A stretch of 64,000 bases of DNA from a virus (taxonomy: Duplodnaviria > Heunggongvirae > Uroviricota > Caudoviricetes), in IMG/VR virus record IMGVR_UViG_3300024298_000005; one strand, 5' to 3'. The notes beneath the pieces were generated by a model. The model was given only the letters and a program-made list of their open reading frames with translations, made no database searches and was not told where the DNA came from. Shown one piece after another: positions 39,970 to 48,724 of the stretch; the first letter of the stretch is position 1; every line of letters starts with the position of its first letter. The translations under genes and the position numbers were made by a program.

Positions 39970-39998
39970 TTGACAACAGCCTCATTTGGTAATATAAT
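39970..39998 (+). promoter_or_regulatory. sigma70 promoter GGTTGACAACAGCC-N-TATAAT (imperfect hairpin around -35)
   Basis: TTGACA 39970, TATAAT 39993, spacer 17. Confidence 0.55.
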
Positions 39999-40031
39999 AG
40001 AGGTATGTTCAACAAATGCATAGGAGCGAAA

Positions 40032-41105
40032 ATGCCAGCAGTAATTGAGATTCGTGAGGGTTCGTATAAGATCCGTGGCTCAGATGTGAGCATGGCCGGT
40101 AACCGTTTCGAACTAGTAGAGCAATACAAAGAAGGTGCTCAGGGTGGTTATGTAACCGTAGAAGGTGGCTCTGTACAGCCTGCTAACCCTGGCATTCCAG
40201 ATCGTAAGATCCGTATTCGTTGCAGTTCAGCACAAAGTTACATGATTGTCGCCGGTGAAGTGCCAGCAATGCCCGCAGGTGATAAAAGTTTGGAGCAGAT
40301 TAAAATTTCAGATAATGCCGTAGCACACGAAACGGACGAGCAGATCATCGAACGTCTTCGTAACCGTTTTGACGTGCTCAAAGATATGACCAAAGCAGTC
40401 AAAGAAGGTACCGTGCGAGCTATGATCGTCACAGGCCCTCCAGGCGTGGGCAAGAGCTTTGGTGTAGAAGAAGTACTAAGCAAGGACGATCTCTTTGATA
40501 TGATGGGTCAGCGCAAGCCCAAATATGAGATTGTCAAAGGCGCAATGTCAGCAGTGGGTCTGTACAGCAAGCTCTATCACTACAGCGAAAAAGGCAATGT
40601 TATCGTGTTTGATGACTGCGACTCTGTGCTGTTGGATGACCTTAGCCTTAATATTTTGAAGGCTGCTCTGGACTCTAGCAAGAAGCGTACTATCTCTTGG
40701 AACACTGACAGCCGTGTTCTGCGTTCAGAAGGAGTGCCAGATCGCTTTGAATTTAAAGCAGGCGCTATCTTTATCACTAACATCAAGTTTGAGAATGTGC
40801 GTTCTAAGAAACTGCAGGATCACCTTGCCGCTCTTGAAAGCCGTTGCCACTACATTGATCTTCAAATGGACACAGATCGCGAAAAGGTCTTGCGCATTAA
40901 GCAGATCACCCAAGATGGCATGTTGGACAGCTACGAGTTTGAAGACTGCGTTAAGGATGAGATCATTGATTACATTCTTGAAAAACGAGCACAAATGCGT
41001 GAGCTGAGCCTGCGTACGGTACTCAAGGTAGCAGACCTGCGCAAGAGCTTTCCTACAAATTGGAAGAGCATGGCAGAAGTTACCGTTATGAAGCGAGGTG
41101 CCTAA
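40032..41105 (+). CDS. AAA+ ATPase with unique N-terminal domain
   Basis: Walker A GPPGVGKS, Walker B VIVFDDCD; AGGAGCG RBS before ATG 40032. Confidence 0.65.
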   Translation: MPAVIEIREGSYKIRGSDVSMAGNRFELVEQYKEGAQGGYVTVEGGSVQPANPGIPDRKIRIRCSSAQSYMIVAGEVPAMPAGDKSLEQIKISDNAVAHETDEQIIERLRNRFDVLKDMTKAVKEGTVRAMIVTGPPGVGKSFGVEEVLSKDDLFDMMGQRKPKYEIVKGAMSAVGLYSKLYHYSEKGNVIVFDDCDSVLLDDLSLNILKAALDSSKKRTISWNTDSRVLRSEGVPDRFEFKAGAIFITNIKFENVRSKKLQDHLAALESRCHYIDLQMDTDREKVLRIKQITQDGMLDSYEFEDCVKDEIIDYILEKRAQMRELSLRTVLKVADLRKSFPTNWKSMAEVTVMKRGA

Positions 41106-41347
41106 TGGAAGGCCCGTCTAAGACCTGTACTTGGATTGGGCCCGAGCAGGACCCTTTGAAGCACTGGCCCATTCATTACTGCGGGTGTCCTAGTGTTCAA
41201 GGGTCTAGCTACTGCGCTGATCACTACTGGAAGGTCTATGCTCGAGGCACTTCAGTTAACGGCCGTCGACGTGAACGTGCCATAGAGCAAGAGATTCAAC
41301 AACTTAAACAAGCACAAGAGCTTGAGGAGTATGAAAATGAAAACTAA
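41105..41347 (+). CDS. GcrA C-terminal-domain-like zinc-binding protein (no N-terminal DNA-binding domain)
   Basis: TCTWxGP ... HYCGC ... YCADH matches GcrA CTD signature; TAATG coupling to AAA+ gene. Confidence 0.5.
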   Translation: MEGPSKTCTWIGPEQDPLKHWPIHYCGCPSVQGSSYCADHYWKVYARGTSVNGRRRERAIEQEIQQLKQAQELEEYENEN

Positions 41348-41537
41348 CATCTTTACAATTGCCCTGCTGGCGCTTGTAATCGTATTCTTTTTTGCCGTAG
41401 GTCCTATCCTGGTAATTTGGAGTATGAATACACTATTCCCCGTGTTGGCCATTCCGTATACGTTTTGGACATGGTTAAGCGTGGTCTTGCTCGGCGCATT
41501 CTTTCGAGCAAATGTTTCCATTAAACGGAAAGATTGA
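41337..41537 (+). CDS. small membrane protein
   Basis: GAGGAG RBS 7 nt before ATG 41337; two TM helices. Confidence 0.45.
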   Translation: MKTNIFTIALLALVIVFFFAVGPILVIWSMNTLFPVLAIPYTFWTWLSVVLLGAFFRANVSIKRKD

Positions 41538-41617
41538 GGTTGCTATTTTACAACAAGAATGCTACTATATTGACACGCTGTGGAACACAGCCATATAACA
41601 TAAAGGAAAACACAGAC

Positions 41618-41893
41618 ATGAAACGTATCTCTAAAGACTCAAAGACTTTTAAGATTTTTACTGCACTACAAAATGGTGACAAACTAACTGCAAGCCAAGC
41701 TGAGAAGCGTTTTGGCGTAAAGAACCTGGCTGCTGAAGCAAGCCGTCTCCGCCAAGCTGGTTATGCTGTTTATGCTAACTCTCGCAAGGCAGGTAATGGT
41801 GTTACCGTTACTGAGTATGAACTAGGCCGTCCTTCACGCGAGATCGTTGCTCTAGGCTACTTAGCTCGTAACATGGGCATGACATTGGCTTAA
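41618..41893 (+). CDS. hypothetical basic protein (possible DNA-binding)
   Basis: AAGGAAA RBS; 91 aa. Confidence 0.4.
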   Translation: MKRISKDSKTFKIFTALQNGDKLTASQAEKRFGVKNLAAEASRLRQAGYAVYANSRKAGNGVTVTEYELGRPSREIVALGYLARNMGMTLA

Positions 41894-41947
41894 TAGGTCG
41901 CTCCACAAAACCAAGCCGATTCGCTCCCGGGGCGGTTTTGGAATAGG

Positions 41948-41975
41948 GTCCTAAGGGCCCTATTTTTTTGGCCGT
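41948..41975 (+). terminator. rho-independent terminator
   Basis: ATAGGGTCC-TAA-GGGCCCTAT then TTTTTTT. Confidence 0.7.
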
Positions 41976-42015
41976 TTGTTGCAAAAAAGCCACAGGCCGG
42001 CACTCTCCAAAATGG

Positions 42016-42044
42016 TTGACAGAACTGCTGTTTGATGGTATAAT
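42016..42044 (+). promoter_or_regulatory. sigma70 promoter TTGACA-N17-TATAAT
   Basis: consensus. Confidence 0.55.
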
Positions 42045-42064
42045 AGAGTTATTGTTAAGGAGCG

Positions 42065-42712
42065 ATGATGAGCACATTTACAGCAGATCAAGTTTGGGGC
42101 CTAGCTGTTAGGGCTGATACACAGAATGGCGGCTACTGCAAAGAGCCTGTATTCGCTGCTACCGCTACACACGGGATCGATTACAATAACGTGATCAAAC
42201 AAGCCAACAAGGTTCTGGTCAAGAACTGGCTCAGAGAGAATGCTCAGCCTACAGCAGAAGAGATCACTCTTGGCCAAGAGTATCGTAACTATTTCAAAAC
42301 ATTCACCCTCAAAGCACTCACTGGCAAGATCAATGACTTTGAGACCACAGCTATGAAGATTGCAGCCAAAGACGAGTTCACTGGCCGTGATATGTTGGAC
42401 TTTGCTGTTGTCAGCTGTTTACCCAGCGTAGCTCGTCGTGATAAGGCCCAAACAGAGCTCAAGCGAGAGATCTATCAAAGCGAGCAACTCTCCGGCGCTG
42501 TAGGTGATGAGATCGTAGGGGAGATCGAAGTGATCCGCACACGATTCAACCCTGAATACAACAAGTATCGCATCACTGCTCGTATGGGTGAGAGCTTTAT
42601 TGATTTTTGGTACAAGGATGATGTCAAAGGCACTATCCGTATCAAGGGCAAGATCAAGAATGTTCGTGGCGATAAAACAACACAGCTCAACTATGTTAAA
42701 AAAGTTGGTTGA
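42065..42712 (+). CDS. hypothetical protein
   Basis: AAGGAGCG RBS; 215 aa. Confidence 0.5.
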   Translation: MMSTFTADQVWGLAVRADTQNGGYCKEPVFAATATHGIDYNNVIKQANKVLVKNWLRENAQPTAEEITLGQEYRNYFKTFTLKALTGKINDFETTAMKIAAKDEFTGRDMLDFAVVSCLPSVARRDKAQTELKREIYQSEQLSGAVGDEIVGEIEVIRTRFNPEYNKYRITARMGESFIDFWYKDDVKGTIRIKGKIKNVRGDKTTQLNYVKKVG

Positions 42713-42737
42713 CAACTGCACCAAGAGGTGCTACAAT
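42709..42737 (+). promoter_or_regulatory. sigma70 promoter TTGACA-N17-TACAAT
   Basis: overlaps 3' end of upstream ORF. Confidence 0.5.
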
Positions 42738-42789
42738 AATGATACTGGGAAAGTAATTGTTTTAACTCTTTTTATTAGCGAGGTCTAGA

Positions 42790-43875
42790 ATGGCAAAAGC
42801 ACAAGACGTTTCCGTCCGTCAAGTTGGCCCTAAGGGTGCCAAAAAAGCAATCCGTCACGCAATTAAAATGCGTCGTCCTGTATTCCTGTGGGGCCCTCCA
42901 GGTATTGGTAAGTCCGATCTCGTGAAGCAGATCGGTGATGATTCCAACCGTGAGGTTATTGATGTGCGCCTAGCACTTTGGGAACCCACCGACATCAAAG
43001 GTATTCCGTATTACAACGCAGACCAGGGCAAGATGGTTTGGGCTCCTCCCGCAGAACTGCCCATTGACCCAGAGTCCACTGCTATCATCTTCTTGGATGA
43101 ATTGAACTCTGCTCCTCCTGCTGTTCAGGCCGCGGCCTATCAGTTGGTGCTGAACCGTCGTGTTGGTACCTATGTTCTGCCTAAGGGTGTTGACGTAGTC
43201 GCCGCTGGTAACCGTGAAGGTGACCGTGGTGTTACCTATCGTATGCCTGCTCCGTTGGCTAACCGCTTCCTGCACTTGGAAATGAAGGTGGACTTTGATG
43301 ACTGGCAAGATTGGGCTACCCTTAACAAGGTGCATCCTGAGGTTGTAGGTTATGTGGGTTTTGCCAAGCAAGACTTGTATGACTTCGATCCTAAGAGCCC
43401 TAGCAAGTCATTTGCTACTCCTCGTTCTTGGAGTTTCGTCAGCGACCTGTTAGGTGATGACGGTGTTGACGAAGATACTTTGTCTACATTGGTAAGTGGT
43501 GCTATTGGTGACGGCTTGGCTGTTAAGTTTATGGCTCACCGTAAGATTGCTGGCAAATTGCCTAAGGCAGAAGACATCCTTATTGGCAAGGTCAAGGACC
43601 TTCAGATCAAGGAAGTGTCAGCGATGTATTCTTTGACCGTTTCATTGTGCTACGAGTTGAAAGACCGTGCAGAGAAAAAGGTTAAAGATTGGGATGCTCA
43701 GGCAGACAACTTCTTCCGCTACATGATGGACAATTTCCCAACTGAGATTGTGGTCATGGGTGCTAAGACTGCTCTTACCAACTACGACTTGCCGTTGGAC
43801 GCTACAAAGATGAAGAGCTTTGACGAGTTCCACAAGCGTTTTGGTAAGTATGTTTTGAAAGCGATGGAGAATTAA
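42790..43875 (+). CDS. MoxR-family AAA+ ATPase (AAA_5; CobS/GvpN/NorQ-like)
   Basis: Walker A GPPGIGKS, Walker B IIFLDELN, sensor region; 361 aa. Confidence 0.8.
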   Translation: MAKAQDVSVRQVGPKGAKKAIRHAIKMRRPVFLWGPPGIGKSDLVKQIGDDSNREVIDVRLALWEPTDIKGIPYYNADQGKMVWAPPAELPIDPESTAIIFLDELNSAPPAVQAAAYQLVLNRRVGTYVLPKGVDVVAAGNREGDRGVTYRMPAPLANRFLHLEMKVDFDDWQDWATLNKVHPEVVGYVGFAKQDLYDFDPKSPSKSFATPRSWSFVSDLLGDDGVDEDTLSTLVSGAIGDGLAVKFMAHRKIAGKLPKAEDILIGKVKDLQIKEVSAMYSLTVSLCYELKDRAEKKVKDWDAQADNFFRYMMDNFPTEIVVMGAKTALTNYDLPLDATKMKSFDEFHKRFGKYVLKAMEN

Positions 43876-43935
43876 GACCTCGCCCATCGCCGGGCGGGGG
43901 CTCACCCAGGGCTTCCGCCCACCTTTTGGAGTGCC

Positions 43936-43980
43936 GGGCGGTGTTGTAAATACGCAACATCGTCCGGTTTCTTTTTGGTT
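43936..43980 (+). terminator. rho-independent terminator (13-bp stem with G-U pairs)
   Basis: CCGGGCGGTGTTG-TAAATACG-CAACATCGTCCGG then TTTCTTTTT. Confidence 0.7.
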
Positions 43981-44008
43981 GACAAACCCGGATCCTGGTG
44001 CTATAATA
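43979..44008 (+). promoter_or_regulatory. sigma70 promoter TTGACA-N18-TATAAT
   Basis: consensus hexamers. Confidence 0.5.
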
Positions 44009-44032
44009 TACACATACTAAGGAGAGCGACTA

Positions 44033-45241
44033 ATGTCTACAAACATCGTTGATAAATTAACTACTGCACGGGTCGGTCTATTGCTCAAAGCACCGTTCTT
44101 TGGCAACATGGCAACTCGTATGCGTTTAGTCTGTGCTGACGACTGGTGCCCTACTGCGGCGACCAATGGCCGTGACTTTTATTACAACACAAAGTTCATC
44201 GAAAAACTTTCAGAGAAAAAACTAGAGTTCCTGTTTGGTCACGAGATCCTTCACTGCGTGTTTGATCACTTTGGCCGTGTAGGTAGCCGTGATCGTCAAC
44301 TTTCTAACATCGCACAGGACTTTGCTGTAAACCAAATCCTTGTAGACGAGCGTATTGGTGAGAAGATCACTGAGGTTAAGATCTGTTATGATCCTAAGTT
44401 CCGTGGACTTGCTTGGGAAGAAATCTACGATATTCTGTATGAAAAAGCAGAGAAGATTCCTATGGATCAACTGATGAAAGAGTTGGGCGATCTGTTGGAC
44501 GAGCACATTAAGGAACAAGAGGGTGCTGGCTCAGAAGATGACAAGACCAAAGACGGTAAGAGCAAGCCTAGCCTTAGCAAAGAAGAAGCAGAACGCATCA
44601 AGCAAGAGATCAAAGAAGCAATGATCCAAAGTGCCGCGGCCGCTGGTGCAGGCAAGACTCCTGCAGGCATTATGCGTATGATTAAGTCTATGACTGAGCC
44701 TAAGATGGACTGGCGTCAGTTGGTGCAACAAGAGATCCAAAGCATTGTTCGCAACGACTACTCCTTCCAGCGTGTTAATCGCAAGAGTATGCACTCAGGC
44801 GCAATCTTGCCAGGCATGAAAGAAGCAACTACCATTGACGTGGCTATTGCTGTTGACATGAGTGGTAGTATTGGTGAAGAAGATGCCAGCACATTCCTTT
44901 CGGAGATCAAAGGCATCATGGACCAATACGAGGACTTCAAGATCAACCTGTGGTGCTTTGACACAGAGATCTATAACCCACAAGAGATCACTCATGACAA
45001 CTCACATGACTTGCTTGAGTATGAACCTCAAGGTGGCGGTGGCACAGACTTTGATGTCAACTTTACCTACATGGAAGAGAATGACATTCGCCCTAAGAAG
45101 TTCATTATGTTCACAGACGGCTATCCCTGTGGTAGTTGGGGTCCTGAGGACTACTGCGACACAATCTTTATCGTTAAGGGCAATACACAAGCAGAGGCGC
45201 CCTTTGGTCAAACGGTGATCTACGAAAAAGAGGCGGGCTAG
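44033..45241 (+). CDS. VWA-domain protein with N-terminal HExxH metallopeptidase-like domain (DUF2201/CobT-like partner of MoxR ATPase)
   Basis: FGHEILHCVFDH (HExxH); MIDAS DMSGSIG; TAAGGAGAGCG RBS. Confidence 0.7.
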   Translation: MSTNIVDKLTTARVGLLLKAPFFGNMATRMRLVCADDWCPTAATNGRDFYYNTKFIEKLSEKKLEFLFGHEILHCVFDHFGRVGSRDRQLSNIAQDFAVNQILVDERIGEKITEVKICYDPKFRGLAWEEIYDILYEKAEKIPMDQLMKELGDLLDEHIKEQEGAGSEDDKTKDGKSKPSLSKEEAERIKQEIKEAMIQSAAAAGAGKTPAGIMRMIKSMTEPKMDWRQLVQQEIQSIVRNDYSFQRVNRKSMHSGAILPGMKEATTIDVAIAVDMSGSIGEEDASTFLSEIKGIMDQYEDFKINLWCFDTEIYNPQEITHDNSHDLLEYEPQGGGGTDFDVNFTYMEENDIRPKKFIMFTDGYPCGSWGPEDYCDTIFIVKGNTQAEAPFGQTVIYEKEAG

Positions 45242-45324
45242 GAGAGTGCCGGGGGGTGTGGCTAAAAAGCCACACTTCCACCAAAGGCCCCGCTGCTACA
45301 CGTATGCACGTATATAGATTATGG

Positions 45325-45353
45325 TTGACAGATAGATAATTTGGCCTTATAAT
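45325..45353 (+). promoter_or_regulatory. sigma70 promoter TTGACA-N17-TATAAT
   Basis: consensus. Confidence 0.55.
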
Positions 45354-45384
45354 ACATATACACAGACACAGAAAGGGGCGGTAA

Positions 45385-45528
45385 ATGGAACTAGTAATTG
45401 CATTTGTCCTTGGGCTCATAGTAATGGACTTAATGTGGGCCTGGCGCTTGGGCATCCCTCAGATGCTTTGGGCACGTTGGAAGTATCGCAAAGTCCTTAA
45501 ACAAATGTCAGAACAGGAGCAATCATGA
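45385..45528 (+). CDS. small membrane peptide (47 aa)
   Basis: hand translated MELVIAFVLGLIVMDLMWAW...; ATGA coupled to next. Confidence 0.3.
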   Translation: MELVIAFVLGLIVMDLMWAWRLGIPQMLWARWKYRKVLKQMSEQEQS

Positions 45529-45653
45529 AAGTATTCATCGCAGGTACAATCTTTGGTCTCGTAGTGGCTACCGTAGGATTATCGGGCATCGCTAAGATCT
45601 TCGATAATGGGGTTGCCAAAGTCCAGGAAGTATCTAAAGAAGCTGCGAAGTAA
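45525..45653 (+). CDS. small membrane peptide (42 aa)
   Basis: AGGAGCAATC ATG; MKVFIAGTIFGLVVATVGL... Confidence 0.3.
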   Translation: MKVFIAGTIFGLVVATVGLSGIAKIFDNGVAKVQEVSKEAAK

Positions 45654-45862
45654 TGCCTAGATACACGTTCTGGCGCAATTCTATAATCTGCGAAGTCTAC
45701 GAACTTGAAGCAGGTTCAGAAGAGGAAGCACGTGAAAAGCTCATGAATGGAGAAGTGGACCCAATGACCGAAGAATGGGTTGATTGGGCCACTGACAACT
45801 TCGAGCTGGAAGACGTGGAAGATGAATTGGTAACATTCTTAAAATCAAAGGAAACAACATGA
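45653..45862 (+). CDS. hypothetical acidic protein
   Basis: 69-aa ORF, TAATG coupling. Confidence 0.4.
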   Translation: MPRYTFWRNSIICEVYELEAGSEEEAREKLMNGEVDPMTEEWVDWATDNFELEDVEDELVTFLKSKETT

Positions 45863-46050
45863 CTTTTGGTATGATCGTTGAAGATCCCTTTTATGATGAA
45901 GATGGTGTACTCATTGACGAGGATGCTGATTGGGAAGATGTTGCAGACCCGGGCGACCTAGTCTACAACGAAGACATCGGCGAATGGTTGGACAAAGAGC
46001 TAGCTGCTCACGATCGCACCTACAGCCCATTCGATACAATCAACAGCTAA
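45859..46050 (+). CDS. hypothetical acidic protein
   Basis: 63-aa ORF. Confidence 0.4.
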   Translation: MTFGMIVEDPFYDEDGVLIDEDADWEDVADPGDLVYNEDIGEWLDKELAAHDRTYSPFDTINS

Positions 46051-46065
46051 CGTACATCATTTTGG

Positions 46066-46094
46066 TTGACAACTTGGCTTTTTGGTGTTAAACT
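46066..46094 (+). promoter_or_regulatory. sigma70 promoter TTGACA-N17-TAAACT
   Basis: consensus -35, weaker -10. Confidence 0.45.
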
Positions 46095-46119
46095 ATAGGC
46101 ATAGTGAAAGGAGCCAGCT

Positions 46120-46323
46120 GTGAATCAAAATGAATTTGAATACCTGAAGCGAGCCGTTGATGCATTGGGATCGTCAGAGACAACTCCGATGGCCCGTGTC
46201 AAGATCTTAAGGACGATGGAGCAGATCGCCGGACGCTGTGCCGTGGTGATCGAGAGGGAGTTCCAAGACCGCGTAGATCAGAACTTGGCCAATGCACATT
46301 TGGTTGACCTTTTGAGAAAATGA
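46120..46323 (+). CDS. hypothetical protein (GTG start)
   Basis: GAAAGGAGCC RBS then GTG. Confidence 0.35.
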   Translation: MNQNEFEYLKRAVDALGSSETTPMARVKILRTMEQIAGRCAVVIEREFQDRVDQNLANAHLVDLLRK

Positions 46324-46357
46324 TTGTATAATTTTAACACTAACTTAAGGAGCGAAT

Positions 46358-46984
46358 ATGCCTAATTGGTGCAACAACAACTTGACGCTGGAGCATGATG
46401 ATCCAGCAATGATTACCCGTGCTAAAGAAGCACTTGATCGTGGAGAGTTCCTGCAGGAGTTTATTCCTGTGCCCAAAGAACTCACAGAGACCATGGCAGG
46501 ATCCTACGGGGATGATGCCAAACAAAAGGATCTGGAAGCACAGATGAAAGCCAATGTGGCCAAATATGGCTACAGCAACTGGTATGACTTCTGCGTGGGT
46601 GAATGGGGAACCAAATGGGATGTAGGCGGTGATGGACAAAGCGACATCCACCCAGACGGTAAGAGTCTATTCACTTCTTTTGATTCAGCATGGTCACCAC
46701 CCGTGAATGCTTATCAGAAGTTGGAACAACTTGGCTTCCGTGTGAACGCAATGTTCTACGAATCCGGTATGGCATTTGCTGGTATTTACGAAGATGGCAA
46801 CTGCGAGGACTTTAGCCTAGAAGGCATGAGTGCCGATGAGATCGAGCAGAACTATCCAGAGTTGGACGAAGCATTCTGCATCGCCGAGGCTATCCGTGAA
46901 TTCCAGGAAGAGGACGAAGAGCTCACAGAGTGGATCAAGGATGGTGTTGAGCAGAACAAGAAACTAGGACTTGTTTCAGAATGA
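46358..46984 (+). CDS. hypothetical protein
   Basis: AAGGAGCG RBS; 208 aa. Confidence 0.5.
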   Translation: MPNWCNNNLTLEHDDPAMITRAKEALDRGEFLQEFIPVPKELTETMAGSYGDDAKQKDLEAQMKANVAKYGYSNWYDFCVGEWGTKWDVGGDGQSDIHPDGKSLFTSFDSAWSPPVNAYQKLEQLGFRVNAMFYESGMAFAGIYEDGNCEDFSLEGMSADEIEQNYPELDEAFCIAEAIREFQEEDEELTEWIKDGVEQNKKLGLVSE

Positions 46985-47280
46985 TGCACATTGTTAAACT
47001 CGACAAGAGATACGATGGTTATGGAAGATTTAGCCATCGTGTCGAGTTTATCAGTTATGGCGCAGGTGCGAGGCTTACAGATCAAAAGAATTGGATTAAG
47101 TCTCGCAACTACTTGTGGACGCAATTCGGTCCGAGTGCCGAATTGCACCTAGCTCGCCCAGAGTTATTCGATGGGGTCCAACCAAAATGGGCCTGGGATG
47201 ATTCTAAGAGTGCTATATATTTGAAAGACGAATCTTACACAATGTTCGTTTTGAAATGGGAGTCATGGCAAAATGCCTAG
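46981..47280 (+). CDS. hypothetical protein
   Basis: ATGA coupling. Confidence 0.45.
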   Translation: MMHIVKLDKRYDGYGRFSHRVEFISYGAGARLTDQKNWIKSRNYLWTQFGPSAELHLARPELFDGVQPKWAWDDSKSAIYLKDESYTMFVLKWESWQNA

Positions 47281-47467
47281 AGAGTTTAACTTCAGTTTTC
47301 ACGTGGTCTGCGCCGGGGACGGCAAGGCAGACGTGGGCCGAGTCGAAGAAATGATCGATTTGGCCATGCAGGATCTGGTCTACGACGACGAGTTCATCGC
47401 CGCCTTGGACGAGAAGGACAGCGTTACTATTCAAGTAATTCCGCAATTTGGACAAACAAATGGTTGA
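47273..47467 (+). CDS. hypothetical protein
   Basis: 64-aa ORF. Confidence 0.4.
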   Translation: MPREFNFSFHVVCAGDGKADVGRVEEMIDLAMQDLVYDDEFIAALDEKDSVTIQVIPQFGQTNG

Positions 47468-47492
47468 CAAACTTGAATAGTGATGCTACATT
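47464..47492 (+). promoter_or_regulatory. sigma70-like promoter TTGACA-N17-TACATT (weak -10)
   Basis: read directly. Confidence 0.35.
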
Positions 47493-47549
47493 ATTAACAT
47501 GCCCAATAGGCATATCTTTAACACACACACTTTTTGGAGAACTTTAAAA

Positions 47550-47851
47550 TGGCTACAGATAAGAAATTTGCGGTTGCTGGTGTTTCGACACTGGAAGGTA
47601 AGACCAAGCTTCGTTTCGCTAACGATGTTATGCGCATCAAGATCTTGGCAAAGAACGGTCACAAGGATGTTGAGCTCGTTGAGCTGCCATCAGAGATGAC
47701 CAAGGCTGAGGCTGTACAACACCTCAAGAGCGTTGGTTTCGGCTCAGGCAATGCTGCTGTACAAGCTGCGATCGCCTACGCTGAGAAGAAGAATCCAGCC
47801 CCTAAAGCTGTTAAGACTACTGCCGCGAAGGCAGAGGCTGTTACCGCTTAA
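47550..47851 (+). CDS. hypothetical protein
   Basis: GGAGAACTTTAAA ATG; ORF track 47534. Confidence 0.45.
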
Positions 47852-47881
47852 ATCCGATTCGCTCCCGGTAGCGGTAACCTT

Positions 47882-47920
47882 GGGCCCTAGTATGCACACG
47901 TATACTAGGGCGTTTTTTTT
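47882..47920 (+). terminator. rho-independent terminator
   Basis: CCCTAGTAT-GCACACGT-ATACTAGGG then TTTTTTTT. Confidence 0.7.
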
Positions 47921-47928
47921 GACTTCGG

Positions 47929-47957
47929 TTGACAACTGGATTAACTGATCATATAAT
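47929..47957 (+). promoter_or_regulatory. sigma70 promoter TTGACA-N17-TATAAT
   Basis: consensus. Confidence 0.55.
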
Positions 47958-47996
47958 AGTATTAACGAATTGGAGCACAGGAGCTTAAATACACAC

Positions 47997-48323
47997 ATGA
48001 GCAAATTAGAATACCTTGCAAGACCTCTGGTAGCATTCGATGCTTATAACAAAGATCATAGGCGCTACTACGCAGAGTTCCTAGAATACGGTGGATGGGG
48101 GCGATGTCCAGTTCGCTTTATTTGTCCCAGTGATTCCGGTTCAGATCTAACACTAATGATCAAGAACCACCTAACTGAATACTACATTGATCGCGAGTTT
48201 GGGGGCGGCAAACTGCAACAGCTCAAAAGCGAAGAACTCAGCGAAACCGCAGACGAAATGTATCGAAGAGCAGGGAAACTTCGTAAGGAAGCAGCCGCCC
48301 TGTTGAATCCCAGGAGAACCTAA
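47997..48323 (+). CDS. hypothetical protein
   Basis: ORF track 47970; ATG 47997 also possible start. Confidence 0.45.
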   Translation: MSKLEYLARPLVAFDAYNKDHRRYYAEFLEYGGWGRCPVRFICPSDSGSDLTLMIKNHLTEYYIDREFGGGKLQQLKSEELSETADEMYRRAGKLRKEAAALLNPRRT

Positions 48324-48709
48324 TGAGCGACCTTGATGTAACCATGATCATCCTTTACGGCCTTGGCCTACTTTCAGGCTGGTGGGCATCTAAGATCTTT
48401 CATCTGCACCTACTACGCAGCATCCTGAAGGATCTTGGGGTGAGTCAGCAGGATCTACTCGCACTCCTTAACCGATCAGAAGAAGAATCATCCGATGATC
48501 CCGAGCTGGATCAGATCGATATCAAAGTTGAGAAGCATAGTAACACACTCTATGCGTTTCGTAAAGACAACGATCAGTTCCTAGGGCAGGGCAACAGCAA
48601 GGAGCAGCTGATCGAAGCCATGGCGCAGCGTATGAAGAATGTAAGGTTGATCGTGGTTGAGGGCCGTGAATACATGGAGTCCAAAACGGTTGACACGACC
48701 GCGGTTTGA
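48323..48709 (+). CDS. hypothetical protein (N-terminal TM helix)
   Basis: TAATG coupling. Confidence 0.45.
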   Translation: MSDLDVTMIILYGLGLLSGWWASKIFHLHLLRSILKDLGVSQQDLLALLNRSEEESSDDPELDQIDIKVEKHSNTLYAFRKDNDQFLGQGNSKEQLIEAMAQRMKNVRLIVVEGREYMESKTVDTTAV

Positions 48710-48724
48710 GCTTACAATTGAGTT

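Noticed and set aside
44222-45455. Multiple minus-strand ORFs across the VWA gene and the following spacer
   Set aside because: They are antisense to a well-supported + strand gene. The surrounding block is uniformly + strand with its own promoters and terminators.
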